A stretch of 64,000 nt of DNA, from assembly GCA_035473115.1 (NCBI GenBank), contig DATION010000006.1:521-64520 (forward strand), written 5' to 3'. The first letter of the stretch is position 1. The number at the start of each line of letters is the position of its first letter. Shown here piece by piece: positions 18,805-26,603 of this stretch. The position numbers were made by a program, and so were the translations under genes. The stretch is from Candidatus Udaeobacter sp. GTDB taxonomy: Bacteria; Patescibacteriota; Patescibacteriia; Magasanikbacterales; GWA2-37-8. The notes under the pieces were generated by a model. It ran no database searches. It was not told the origin of the DNA and was given only the letters and a program-made list of their open reading frames with translations.

Positions 18805-19683
18805 TTAGTTTATTATTTTTACCAATCGATCTAGCCCAGCCAGATCTTTTTTAATTTCTATATTAGAATCAGGAAGATATTGTTTTATTATTTTTATAAT
18901 TTCCTCAGATTGCGATGGGTCAATCTCTAAAAATATGCTGGCAGATATTTGAGCAAGTTTAATTTGTTGTAATAATTCTTCATAAAGAGCCAAGCCGTTA
19001 TTTTTTGCCACCAGAGCATTTTTTGGTTCACGCCAGATTGATGGTTCGGTTTGAAATTGTTTTTCGGTAAGATAGGGGAGGTTGGCAGTGATAATAATTT
19101 CTGAATCAGAGGCAGTTGATTTTATAGTTTGAATAATTGGTCGCAATAAATTTCCTTGATAAAAATTTATATCAGTACTATGGTTTTTTGCATTCTTTCT
19201 GGCAATTTTTAAAGCTTCTTTAGAAATATCAATGGCAATTGTGTTTATGTTTTTATTAACTAGTGTTTTTCTGATTGAAATCGGAATACAGCCGCTGCCA
19301 GTGCCAACATCAATTAGTATTATTTTTTTATCAATTTTATTAATTTCCGCAATCGCTTTGTCAACCATAATTTCTGTGTCTGGGCGAGGGATAAGCGTAT
19401 ATTTATTTACAGAAAAATCCAGTCCATAAAATTCTTTATGTTTTATAATGGCGGCCACCGAGTAGCCGTGTTTTCTTTGGCAGGTAAAATAAACTAGCTT
19501 AAAATATTGGAATAAAGACAGTTTGTGTTCAGGACGAGCGAAAATAAAAGATTTATCTTTATGTAAAATTTCAGCTAGAAAAATTTCCAATTCTCTTGGA
19601 TCTAAATCCTTAAATTTAATTAAAATATCTTTAATTCTTTTCATATATGTACAATTTGTACGTTCCGGAAATACGCGCTGCAA
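18805..19683 (-). CDS. prmC: Release-factor glutamine N5-methyltransferase (HemK/PrmC-like)
   Basis: SAM motif IDVGTGSGCI and an NLPY variant of the NPPY motif (IITANLPYL). It lies in the prfA transcription unit. Confidence 0.7.
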   Translation of the reverse strand: MQRVFPERTNCTYMKRIKDILIKFKDLDPRELEIFLAEILHKDKSFIFARPEHKLSLFQYFKLVYFTCQRKHGYSVAAIIKHKEFYGLDFSVNKYTLIPRPDTEIMVDKAIAEINKIDKKIILIDVGTGSGCIPISIRKTLVNKNINTIAIDISKEALKIARKNAKNHSTDINFYQGNLLRPIIQTIKSTASDSEIIITANLPYLTEKQFQTEPSIWREPKNALVAKNNGLALYEELLQQIKLAQISASIFLEIDPSQSEEIIKIIKQYLPDSNIEIKKDLAGLDRLVKIIN

Positions 19684-21094
19684 TCGGAGGCTGTTTTAAT
19701 TTCCAGCCATGTTCGATAAATAAATCACTTAGCTTGGTGGTGTTGGGAATTTCATTTTGCAGCAAAGCAACTATTGAGTAATTGTCCATTTTACTAGCTG
19801 CATACCAATTATCTTTTTCTTCGGCAGAGAGCTGTATAGGCGCTATATAATTTTTTTTGATCAGCATTTCGTCCCAACTCATATCTTTGTAGAAAACCAA
19901 AGTTTTGGCATTTTTGGCTACCGTTGGATTTAGATAATAGTCAATTTGGTTTTTTAAAGTCATTGAATTGTAGACAAAGACAAATTTATCACTGGTTTCA
20001 TATTGTTTAAATACTGCTTCGTTTTTTTGCCAGTCAGTAATAGGCAGAGTGTCTCGTAAAATATATAAACCAGTCAAGCAAGCGCAGGTGATTAAAGCGG
20101 CTGCCAGCCAATTTTTTACACAGCCAGAAAGAGAGTAAGAGATAGCCATAACCATCAAAGGCAAAATAGCTATGATAAATTTTATATTCCAAACTCGCAA
20201 GCCCAAAGAAAGGATAATTGGGACAAAAATTAAGATCATTAAAAATAAAAGGTTAGCAGATTTAGTTTTATATAGTTTATGTAAGATGAGTAAACCAGCA
20301 AAAAAAACCAGAATTAAGCCGTAAAAAATCGGCAATTGTCCAATCAGTAAATTGAGCAAGGGGCTAACAGCCTGGTTAAATGTGTGGCTAAGATTGAGAA
20401 ACCAGGCTTGACCCAGATTATTGTTTCTTTTTATATATAACGAAGCAAGTATCCAGCTTCCGCCCAAAATAAAAGGAATTAAATTGTATTTTATCCAGTT
20501 GAAAACGGCTGATTTTCCTTTAAAGATAGCTAGAGCCAGAAATTGTCCAGTTAAAAATAATAACGAACTGAGATGAGAAAAAATTAACAAGCCATTTATA
20601 ATAGCGCCCAGTGCTTTGGTTTTAGGCGGAGTATCATTTGAGAAAAATTGCTTATAAATAATAAAAGTAGATAAAATCGCCAGGAGCATTAAGAAAGAAT
20701 AAACTCTGGCCGTGGCTGACCAAAAAATATTGTAGGGATGAATAGCTAAATAAAAAGCCGCCAGGAGAGCGGGTTTTTCAGTAAAAATTTCTTTGCCAAG
20801 TTTATAGATAAAATATATCGAAGCGGTTCCGGCCAAAACGCTTGGTAATCGGGCAAATAATTCATTGGCCGGAAAAATAAAAAACCAAATTTTTAAGATT
20901 AACAGATGTAGCGGTGGGTTGGTTTCCCATAGCCAGTAGATTAACCCTTGAGGCCAAGCTTTTTGGCTATAAATAAAATTGAACATTTCATCATCCCAGA
21001 AATTGCCATATTTAAACACTGCGGCCAAACGTAAAATTAAGCCTAATAAAATTATCAAGCCTAACAGAATATATTTTTTGTTGACAAATTTCAT
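19631..21094 (-). CDS. Polytopic membrane glycosyltransferase, GT39/ArnT-like (dolichyl-phosphate-mannose-protein mannosyltransferase fold)
   Basis: About 11 predicted TM helices with a C-terminal soluble domain. Its N-terminal region resembles the PMT/ArnT family. It overlaps prmC by 53 nt. Confidence 0.5.
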   Translation of the reverse strand: MKFVNKKYILLGLIILLGLILRLAAVFKYGNFWDDEMFNFIYSQKAWPQGLIYWLWETNPPLHLLILKIWFFIFPANELFARLPSVLAGTASIYFIYKLGKEIFTEKPALLAAFYLAIHPYNIFWSATARVYSFLMLLAILSTFIIYKQFFSNDTPPKTKALGAIINGLLIFSHLSSLLFLTGQFLALAIFKGKSAVFNWIKYNLIPFILGGSWILASLYIKRNNNLGQAWFLNLSHTFNQAVSPLLNLLIGQLPIFYGLILVFFAGLLILHKLYKTKSANLLFLMILIFVPIILSLGLRVWNIKFIIAILPLMVMAISYSLSGCVKNWLAAALITCACLTGLYILRDTLPITDWQKNEAVFKQYETSDKFVFVYNSMTLKNQIDYYLNPTVAKNAKTLVFYKDMSWDEMLIKKNYIAPIQLSAEEKDNWYAASKMDNYSIVALLQNEIPNTTKLSDLFIEHGWKLKQPPIAARISGTYKLYIYEKN

Positions 21095-21115
21095 GGAAGA
21101 AATTTACAGGCAAGT

Positions 21116-22201
21116 TTATTCGTCGTCTTCGGTTTCAGCACCGCTGTAATCAAGGCCGGCATAATCGGCTGCTCGAACAGCGGTAATAATGGCGTCTAAA
21201 TCGCCGTCAATAATTCTAGGGATACTGTTCCAACTTTGATGAATACGATGATCAGTGATTCGATCTTGAGGAAAATTATAAGTACGAATTTTTTCACTAC
21301 GATCGCCGCTGCCAATTTGGGCGCGTCTTTTTTCGGTAAGAGTGGCCATCTTTTTTTCTCGGTCAGCCGCGTAGATGCGAGAACGTAAAACAGCCATGGC
21401 TTTTTCTTTGTTGGCAGTCTGCGACCGTTCATCTTGGCATTGCACCATTATACCGGTCGGGATATGGATAATTCTGACGGCTGAATAAGTGGTGTTGACA
21501 CTTTGTCCGCCCGCGCCGCCCGAACAAAAAGTATCAATGCGCAGATCTTTTGGTTCGATTTTAATTTCTGTTTCTTCAATTTCCGGCAGAACAGCCACAG
21601 TGATAGTAGAGGTATGAATCCGTCCAGCTTTTTCGGTGTCAGGCACTCTTTGTACACGATGTACGCCCATCTCGTATTTTAAATCCTTGTAAACATTTTT
21701 GCCTTTGATAGAAAAAATAACTTCTTTAAAACCGCCGATGCCAATGCGGTTGGCATCCAAAATACTGGTTTTCCATTTTTTGCTTTCGGCGTAGCGAGTA
21801 TACATGCGGTAGAGTTCAGCGGCAAATAGGGCCGATTCATCGCCGCCCACGCCAGCGCGGATTTCTACGATCACATCTTTTTTATCAAATGGGTCCTGTG
21901 GACGAGTCATTTCGTCCAGTTCTTTTTCCAGGTTTATTTTTTTTGTTTCCAAATCTGGCAGTTCTGCAACAGCCATTTCTTTTAGCTGAGCATCTTCTTC
22001 TTGATTTATCATTGACTGGGTATCAGTAATATTATTTTCTATCGCAGCTAGTTCTTTAATTTTTTCAACTGTTGATTTTAATTCAGTATATTCTTGAGAA
22101 ATTTCTTTTATTTTTTTGGGATCATTAAGTACAGCCGGATTCTGCAGATCGGTTTCTAGATTGGCAAATTTAATTTGTATTTCTTTGTATTTGTTATTCA
22201 T
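21116..22201 (-). CDS. prfA: Peptide chain release factor 1
   Basis: GGQ motif ([12 protein letters not shown]) and a PxT-type tripeptide region ([14 protein letters not shown]), which points to RF1 rather than RF2. Confidence 0.92.
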   Translation of the reverse strand: MNNKYKEIQIKFANLETDLQNPAVLNDPKKIKEISQEYTELKSTVEKIKELAAIENNITDTQSMINQEEDAQLKEMAVAELPDLETKKINLEKELDEMTRPQDPFDKKDVIVEIRAGVGGDESALFAAELYRMYTRYAESKKWKTSILDANRIGIGGFKEVIFSIKGKNVYKDLKYEMGVHRVQRVPDTEKAGRIHTSTITVAVLPEIEETEIKIEPKDLRIDTFCSGGAGGQSVNTTYSAVRIIHIPTGIMVQCQDERSQTANKEKAMAVLRSRIYAADREKKMATLTEKRRAQIGSGDRSEKIRTYNFPQDRITDHRIHQSWNSIPRIIDGDLDAIITAVRAADYAGLDYSGAETEDDE

Positions 22202-22245
22202 AAGCCTGGCTGTCTTTCATTAATAGAGTGAGGTTGGAAGTTTTA

Positions 22246-22290
22246 ATAAAAAACAGACTCAACACCAATATATTGTAGTCTGTTTTTTAA
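22246..22290 (-). terminator. Symmetric rho-independent terminator after rpmE
   Basis: aacagact … agtctgtt stem with A-run and T-run flanks. It lies 12 nt downstream of the rpmE stop on the minus strand. Confidence 0.6.
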
Positions 22291-22301
22291 ATTTATCAAA
22301 G

Positions 22302-22598
22302 CTAAGCCTTCTTGGCAGCAGCTTTTTTGGCGGTCTTTTTGGCAGCTACAGCCGCTTTCTTGGCTTTTTGGCCTTTGCGGGCTGCGGCAGCGGAAGTTTT
22401 TTTGTCGGAACGTTCTTGGAATTTTTCTACGCGGCGAGCAGTATCAACAAATTTTTGTTTGCCGGTATAAAAAGGATGGCACTTATTGCAAAGTTCCACG
22501 CGGATAGTTTTCATGGTGCTGCCAGTGGTAAAAGTGTTGCCGCAGGCGCAGGTAACTTCCGTGTCATTATGATATTCAGGGTGAATTTTTTTCTGCAT
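22302..22598 (-). CDS. rpmE: Ribosomal protein L31 with a long Lys/Ala-rich C-terminal extension
   Basis: [10 protein letters not shown]…CxC…[11 protein letters not shown]31 zinc-binding core, then a roughly 35-aa AAKKA-type tail. Promoter TTGACA-N17-TATAGT on the minus strand at about 22610-22638. Confidence 0.85.
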   Translation of the reverse strand: MQKKIHPEYHNDTEVTCACGNTFTTGSTMKTIRVELCNKCHPFYTGKQKFVDTARRVEKFQERSDKKTSAAAARKGQKAKKAAVAAKKTAKKAAAKKA

Positions 22599-22786
22599 AA
22601 AATTAAAGAATTTTTATTTAAGTAAGAGAACTATAGCATTATTATTGCCGACTGTCAATATCAAGGATCTATTTTAAGGCATTTTAAAACCCGCTTTTGG
22701 CGGGTTGGTGGGTTCACGTTGGCCATTCTTTAGCCATTACTGAGCTTACTTGCCTCTTAAAAGAGCCTGGTTAACCGTTTCGCACC

Positions 22787-23053
22787 TTATCCGATTAGGT
22801 GGAGCGGTCGGGTAGTGGTCAGGCCGCCTTCATAAGCCAGCCTGTTCATAGCTTGGTGGAAGGCTCTGGCCCACGCTTTGCTTTCGATGGATTGTCCCGG
22901 TGCAGCCCGGTCGGCTGCTATTTCTGCAACCTCGATAAGCGCGTTTCGAGCTTTTATATATTCACAATTGTGAGGCGGTCTTTGCCTAATTATTTCTGGA
23001 ATATCAAATCCAGAGTCATACTTTCCTTCGACGCACGCACATTTTGTGGTCAT
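22787..23053 (-). CDS. Hypothetical 88-aa Cys-containing protein (island gene 1)
   Basis: ATG at 23053 is preceded by AGGAGA 7 nt upstream. The 149-aa annotated ORF is a 5' extension that runs through the promoter region. No family recognised. G+C is about 50%. Confidence 0.45.
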   Translation of the reverse strand: MTTKCACVEGKYDSGFDIPEIIRQRPPHNCEYIKARNALIEVAEIAADRAAPGQSIESKAWARAFHQAMNRLAYEGGLTTTRPLHLIG

Positions 23054-23081
23054 TTTTTTCTCCTGGTTAAAAACCAGATAC

Positions 23082-23110
23082 TTTATACATTGAGTGTTAA
23101 CTATTGTCAA
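23082..23110 (-). promoter_or_regulatory. Minus-strand sigma70 promoter TTGACA-N17-TATAAA for island gene 1
   Basis: -35 is the reverse complement of 23105-23110 and -10 is the reverse complement of 23082-23087, 17 nt apart. A perfect palindrome ctggttaaaaaccag sits at 23063-23077 in the leader. Confidence 0.5.
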
Positions 23111-23117
23111 GGAGAAC

Positions 23118-23146
23118 TTGACAAATCTTGGTTTTTGTGGTATATT
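23118..23146 (+). promoter_or_regulatory. Consensus sigma70 promoter TTGACA-N17-(TGg)TATATT for the hyper-acidic gene
   Basis: TTGACA at 23118-23123 and TATATT at 23141-23146 with a TGg extension. The two divergent -35 boxes form a perfect inverted repeat TTGTCAA-ggagaac-TTGACAA (23104-23124). A roughly 135-nt leader ends in an AGGAGG SD at 23276-23281. Confidence 0.6.
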
Positions 23147-23287
23147 GGTTTGTTGCCTTTTGCAGCCAACAACTGTAGAATAAGCAATACTTCCTAAGGT
23201 TCGGGTGATTTTTACCCGGATTAAAGGATGTGACAATCAACAAAAAACAACGCGGCAGTAAAACGCGATCAACCCAGGAGGAATCAA

Positions 23288-23920
23288 ATGGCAACGAATC
23301 AGGCGCTGAACGTACTGGACCTGGACACCGATGTCCCCGCGGATCCCACGGTTGGGATGAGCGACGCAGAAGTTCTGGAGGGATGGGATGCCCTGCTCGC
23401 CGGTCTGCCCAATGGTGGTGCAGTGGAGCAGTCCGAGGCCGCGGCCACGACGACCAACTCGCTCGATCCCGGCCACGAAGCGGCGCCGAACGATCCCCTC
23501 GAGCTCCAGTTCGAGATCGATGACCAGGTCATGCTCATCGGACCCGTCACGGCCGATGAGCAGCCCAGCGACCACAGCGTCGTCATGGCCAACCCGCCCA
23601 CCGTGGACGAGGAGTGGCCGGCCATCGACAAGCTCGATGTCGTGGCTGCCACTAATCCGGCCGACCCGAACGACGCGGACGAGTTCGGCGGAGACACCAA
23701 GGAGATCGAGCTCCCCCAGTTCCCGGACAGCGCGACCGAGCCGTCGGCTGATGGTGATGGTCAGGCCCCCACCGATCTGGATGCCGACCCCAACTACGCC
23801 GAGTTCGAGGTCGAGGGTCTGGTCCTCGACGAGGACGATCGGCCGCTGATGACCAGCGGTACCATCGTCGACGCCGCGACCCCGTCGTCCCACGACGACC
23901 AGCTGCGCTGCACGGACTGA
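23288..23920 (+). CDS. Hyper-acidic, Pro/Asp/Glu-rich 210-aa protein encoded by a high-GC ORF (island gene 2)
   Basis: ATG 6 nt after AGGAGG. Very high third-position G/C in this frame. Roughly a quarter of residues are Asp/Glu and there are only about 4 Lys/Arg. The overlapping long ORFs on other frames are GC-shadow artefacts. Confidence 0.55.
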   Translation: MATNQALNVLDLDTDVPADPTVGMSDAEVLEGWDALLAGLPNGGAVEQSEAAATTTNSLDPGHEAAPNDPLELQFEIDDQVMLIGPVTADEQPSDHSVVMANPPTVDEEWPAIDKLDVVAATNPADPNDADEFGGDTKEIELPQFPDSATEPSADGDGQAPTDLDADPNYAEFEVEGLVLDEDDRPLMTSGTIVDAATPSSHDDQLRCTD

Positions 23921-23963
23921 CGCAAGTCAATCACGCGCGGCAGCCAGCCGTCACAGCAGTACA

Positions 23964-24013
23964 CCTCGCCCTGACCAGGGAACAGCTCTGGTCACGGCGA
24001 GGCTTTTGTTTTT
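23964..24013 (+). terminator. Strong rho-independent terminator after the acidic gene
   Basis: 15-bp stem cctcgccctgaccag / ctggtcacggcgagg with one mismatch and loop ggaacagct, followed by cttttgttttt. Confidence 0.7.
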
Positions 24014-24103
24014 ATATAAAAAAATTGAACCCCGCTATGCCGTAGCATGCGGGGGCAGATGGTTTCAGACTTACCAGTGGTCATGAAAATGTTGTGCTTT
24101 GTC

Positions 24104-24490
24104 TTATTTTAAGACGGAAACTGGTAGATTTTGGGTAGAGAGGTGCGCCAGCCAGTCTTTGATCCCAACTAGGAAGGATTCAACAGCTTTCAGGCTATCT
24201 GTGCTATTATTATCCTCTTTGAGATTAACAAAGTTGACATGGCCCATATCCAGCTCTCTTGCTGGCATGATGCCAATCCTGACTTTTATTTTTAGCGTTC
24301 TCCACTGGGCATCAGTGTTTTCGATCTCTCCTTTGATTTCCCACTGTGGAGTGAGTGGAATGAAAAATGTGAAGTAGCCATTTTTATTGGCTTCGTAGCG
24401 ACGGGAGCACCGGGGAAAGAGCTTGAGCAGAAGCTCTTTGAGTATTCTGCAGTTTTCTACTACGATTTTTCGTTCATGATCATCCAGCAT
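24104..24490 (-). CDS. Hypothetical 128-aa protein (island gene 3), convergent with the acidic gene
   Basis: ATG at 24490 with an AGGAAG SD 7 nt upstream. Minus-strand promoter TTGACT-N16-TAGTAT at about 24570-24600. No family recognised. Confidence 0.5.
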   Translation of the reverse strand: MLDDHERKIVVENCRILKELLLKLFPRCSRRYEANKNGYFTFFIPLTPQWEIKGEIENTDAQWRTLKIKVRIGIMPARELDMGHVNFVNLKEDNNSTDSLKAVESFLVGIKDWLAHLSTQNLPVSVLK

Positions 24491-24627
24491 GGTTTTACTT
24501 CCTAAGTGTGGTTTGGCCAAACCTGTTGTGCGTGTGTGTTGGTATGGCCAATACTAGCAGTTTTAAGGGAAAAGTCAATGTATTATCTGGTTTAGTAGTA
24601 AAGGTAAGATAAATTAGCATCTAACTC

Positions 24628-24656
24628 TTGACTATTTTCTATTACCCTTGTATACT
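24628..24656 (+). promoter_or_regulatory. rpsB promoter TTGACT-N17-TATACT
   Basis: Hexamers at 24628-24633 and 24651-24656. An AGGAGG SD precedes the rpsB ATG. Confidence 0.5.
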
Positions 24657-24747
24657 TGTTTTATCTTAATTTAATCTCTCGCTAGCCAACTTTTTCCTCC
24701 CTACGGACCATTCCGGGGCAAGGCTAGGAGGCAATAATAAGGAAAAT

Positions 24748-25530
24748 ATGAGTAAAATGCCAACACTGTTGGAAATGTTAAAGGCCGGAGTTCACTTTGG
24801 CCATCAGAAATCACGCTGGCACCCCAAGATGGAACAGTACATCTTCGGTGTCCGTAACGGAGTCCACATTATCGATTTGGAAAAAACTCAGGTTCAGCTT
24901 GAGAAAGCTCTGGATTATGTAAAGAATTTGGCAAGCAAAGGCCAAGTTATTTTGTTTGTGGGAACAAAACGTCAAGCTAGAGAAATTACCAAGGCTGCAG
25001 CTGTTAGCTGTGAAATGCCATATCTGGTAGAACGCTGGATCGGCGGATTACTAACTAATTTTGATGAAGTTAAACGCCGTTTGAAAAAATATCATAATTT
25101 AAAAGAACAATTTGCTACCGGTGAAATTGAAAAATATACCAAGAAAGAACAGGTAACAATGAAGAAGCAATTAGAAAAATTAGATAAATATTTAATCGGT
25201 TTGACAGCTTTGGATAGAATGCCAGATGCTTTATTTATCGCTGATATGCGTACCGAAAAAACCGCTTTAGCTGAAGCAGAAAGAACTGAAATTCCAACTG
25301 TGGCTATCTCTGATACTAATGTTAATCCGGAGAAAGTTAATTATGCTATTCCGGCCAACGACGATGCTGTTAATTCTATAAAATTAGTCACTGATTTGGT
25401 TGCTGAAGCTATTAATGAAGGCCGCAAAGAATTTGAAAAGAAAAAATTAGAACGCGCTAAAGAAGAACCAGTAAAGCGCGACGCTGTAAAAGTAGAAAGA
25501 CGAGCTCTTAAAAAAGATGAATCAGTTTAA
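24748..25530 (+). CDS. rpsB: Ribosomal protein S2
   Basis: MLKAGVHFGHQKSRWHPKM… canonical S2 N-terminus. Confidence 0.95.
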   Translation: MSKMPTLLEMLKAGVHFGHQKSRWHPKMEQYIFGVRNGVHIIDLEKTQVQLEKALDYVKNLASKGQVILFVGTKRQAREITKAAAVSCEMPYLVERWIGGLLTNFDEVKRRLKKYHNLKEQFATGEIEKYTKKEQVTMKKQLEKLDKYLIGLTALDRMPDALFIADMRTEKTALAEAERTEIPTVAISDTNVNPEKVNYAIPANDDAVNSIKLVTDLVAEAINEGRKEFEKKKLERAKEEPVKRDAVKVERRALKKDESV

Positions 25531-25616
25531 GGTTTAGATTGCTTAAACTATTAATCAAATTCGGCCTTGCATGGCACATAGTGTCACTTGGCCTGATTTC
25601 TCTAAAATAAAATCAT

Positions 25617-26489
25617 ATGTCTATAAGCACATCAGACGTAGCCAAACTAAGATCAATGACTGGCGCCGGTATGATGGATTGCAAAAAAGCTTTGGATGAA
25701 GCCGAAGGCGATCTGGAAAAAGCCGGAGAAATACTTCGTAAAAAAGGTATTGTTAAAGCTGCTAAACGTTCGGATAAGGTGGCAGCCGAAGGTACTACCA
25801 GAGTAAAAACAGATGGCAATGACGCCGTAATTTTGGAAGTTAATTCCGAAACTGATTTTGTGGCCGAGAATGCTGACTTCAAAAATCTGGTAACTGAAAT
25901 TGTGGATGCTTGTTTGGAAAAAGAACCAAAAGATATGCCAGCTGCTTTGGCCGAAAATGTCGGTGGGCAAACTTTACAAGAACGCTTAAATAATTTAACT
26001 CTTACCATCGGTGAAAAAATTTCTTTCCGCCGTTTTGTCTTAGTCAAAAAAGAATCAGGCGACGCTTTTGGTGCTTATTCTCATTTGGGCGGCAAAATTT
26101 CTGTCTTAATTTTGCTCAAAAATTCTGCTAACAAAGATTTAGCTCGCGATATTGCGATGCATGCAGCTGCCTCAAATCCAAAATATGTCAGCCGCGACCA
26201 GGTGCCAGCTGAAGTTGTAGAAAAAGAAAAAGAAATTTATACCGAGCAGCTTAAACAACAAGGCAAACCAGAAGCAGCCATAGCCAATATCTTAAAAGGA
26301 AAATTAGATAAATTCTATAGTGAAATTTGTCTGTTGGAACAGCCTTTCATTAAAGATGAAGAAAAAACCATTCAAAAATTATTGGGAGAAAATGTCAGCA
26401 TTGCCAGAATGGAAAGATTTGAATTGGGTGCGGGCTTAACAAAAGAAGCGACGGATTTTGCCGCTGAAGTAGAAGCACAGTTGAAATAA
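25617..26489 (+). CDS. tsf: Elongation factor Ts
   Basis: UBA-like N-terminus (VAKLRSMTGAGMMDCKKAL) and EF-Ts dimerisation domains. rpsB-tsf gene order. Confidence 0.95.
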   Translation: MSISTSDVAKLRSMTGAGMMDCKKALDEAEGDLEKAGEILRKKGIVKAAKRSDKVAAEGTTRVKTDGNDAVILEVNSETDFVAENADFKNLVTEIVDACLEKEPKDMPAALAENVGGQTLQERLNNLTLTIGEKISFRRFVLVKKESGDAFGAYSHLGGKISVLILLKNSANKDLARDIAMHAAASNPKYVSRDQVPAEVVEKEKEIYTEQLKQQGKPEAAIANILKGKLDKFYSEICLLEQPFIKDEEKTIQKLLGENVSIARMERFELGAGLTKEATDFAAEVEAQLK

Positions 26490-26509
26490 ATTCTTAAAAA
26501 ATAAAACAG

Positions 26510-26544
26510 AGAATGACAGTTAAAGCTGTCATTTTTTGTTTTTA
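26510..26544 (+). terminator. Rho-independent terminator after tsf
   Basis: atgacag / ctgtcat stem with loop ttaaag, followed by tttttgttttt. Confidence 0.65.
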
Positions 26545-26603
26545 TTAGAGCTTTACTTATAGGTAAATTTAATGTAAAGTATGTCTGTTCACAGTAATTT
26601 TCT

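Noticed and set aside
22690-22800. Possible tRNA-like/tmRNA 3' end (tggtggagc-like motif) near the left island boundary
   Set aside because: No T-loop (GTTCRANYC) or acceptor-stem complementarity could be built. The sequence ends in CCTA, not a CCA-compatible acceptor. It is better explained as the 3' UTR of the 88-aa gene, which ends at the terminator hairpin at about 22671-22690.
23237-23930. Several long ORFs on other frames and strands overlapping the acidic gene (23237-23893 minus strand, 23299-23700 minus strand, 23388-23849 plus strand, 23652-23930 minus strand)
   Set aside because: Long open frames on every frame are expected in about 65% G+C DNA. Only the +1 frame has the high-GC3 codon pattern, a consensus promoter, an SD and a terminator. 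The others translate to Arg/Gly/Pro-rich nonsense.
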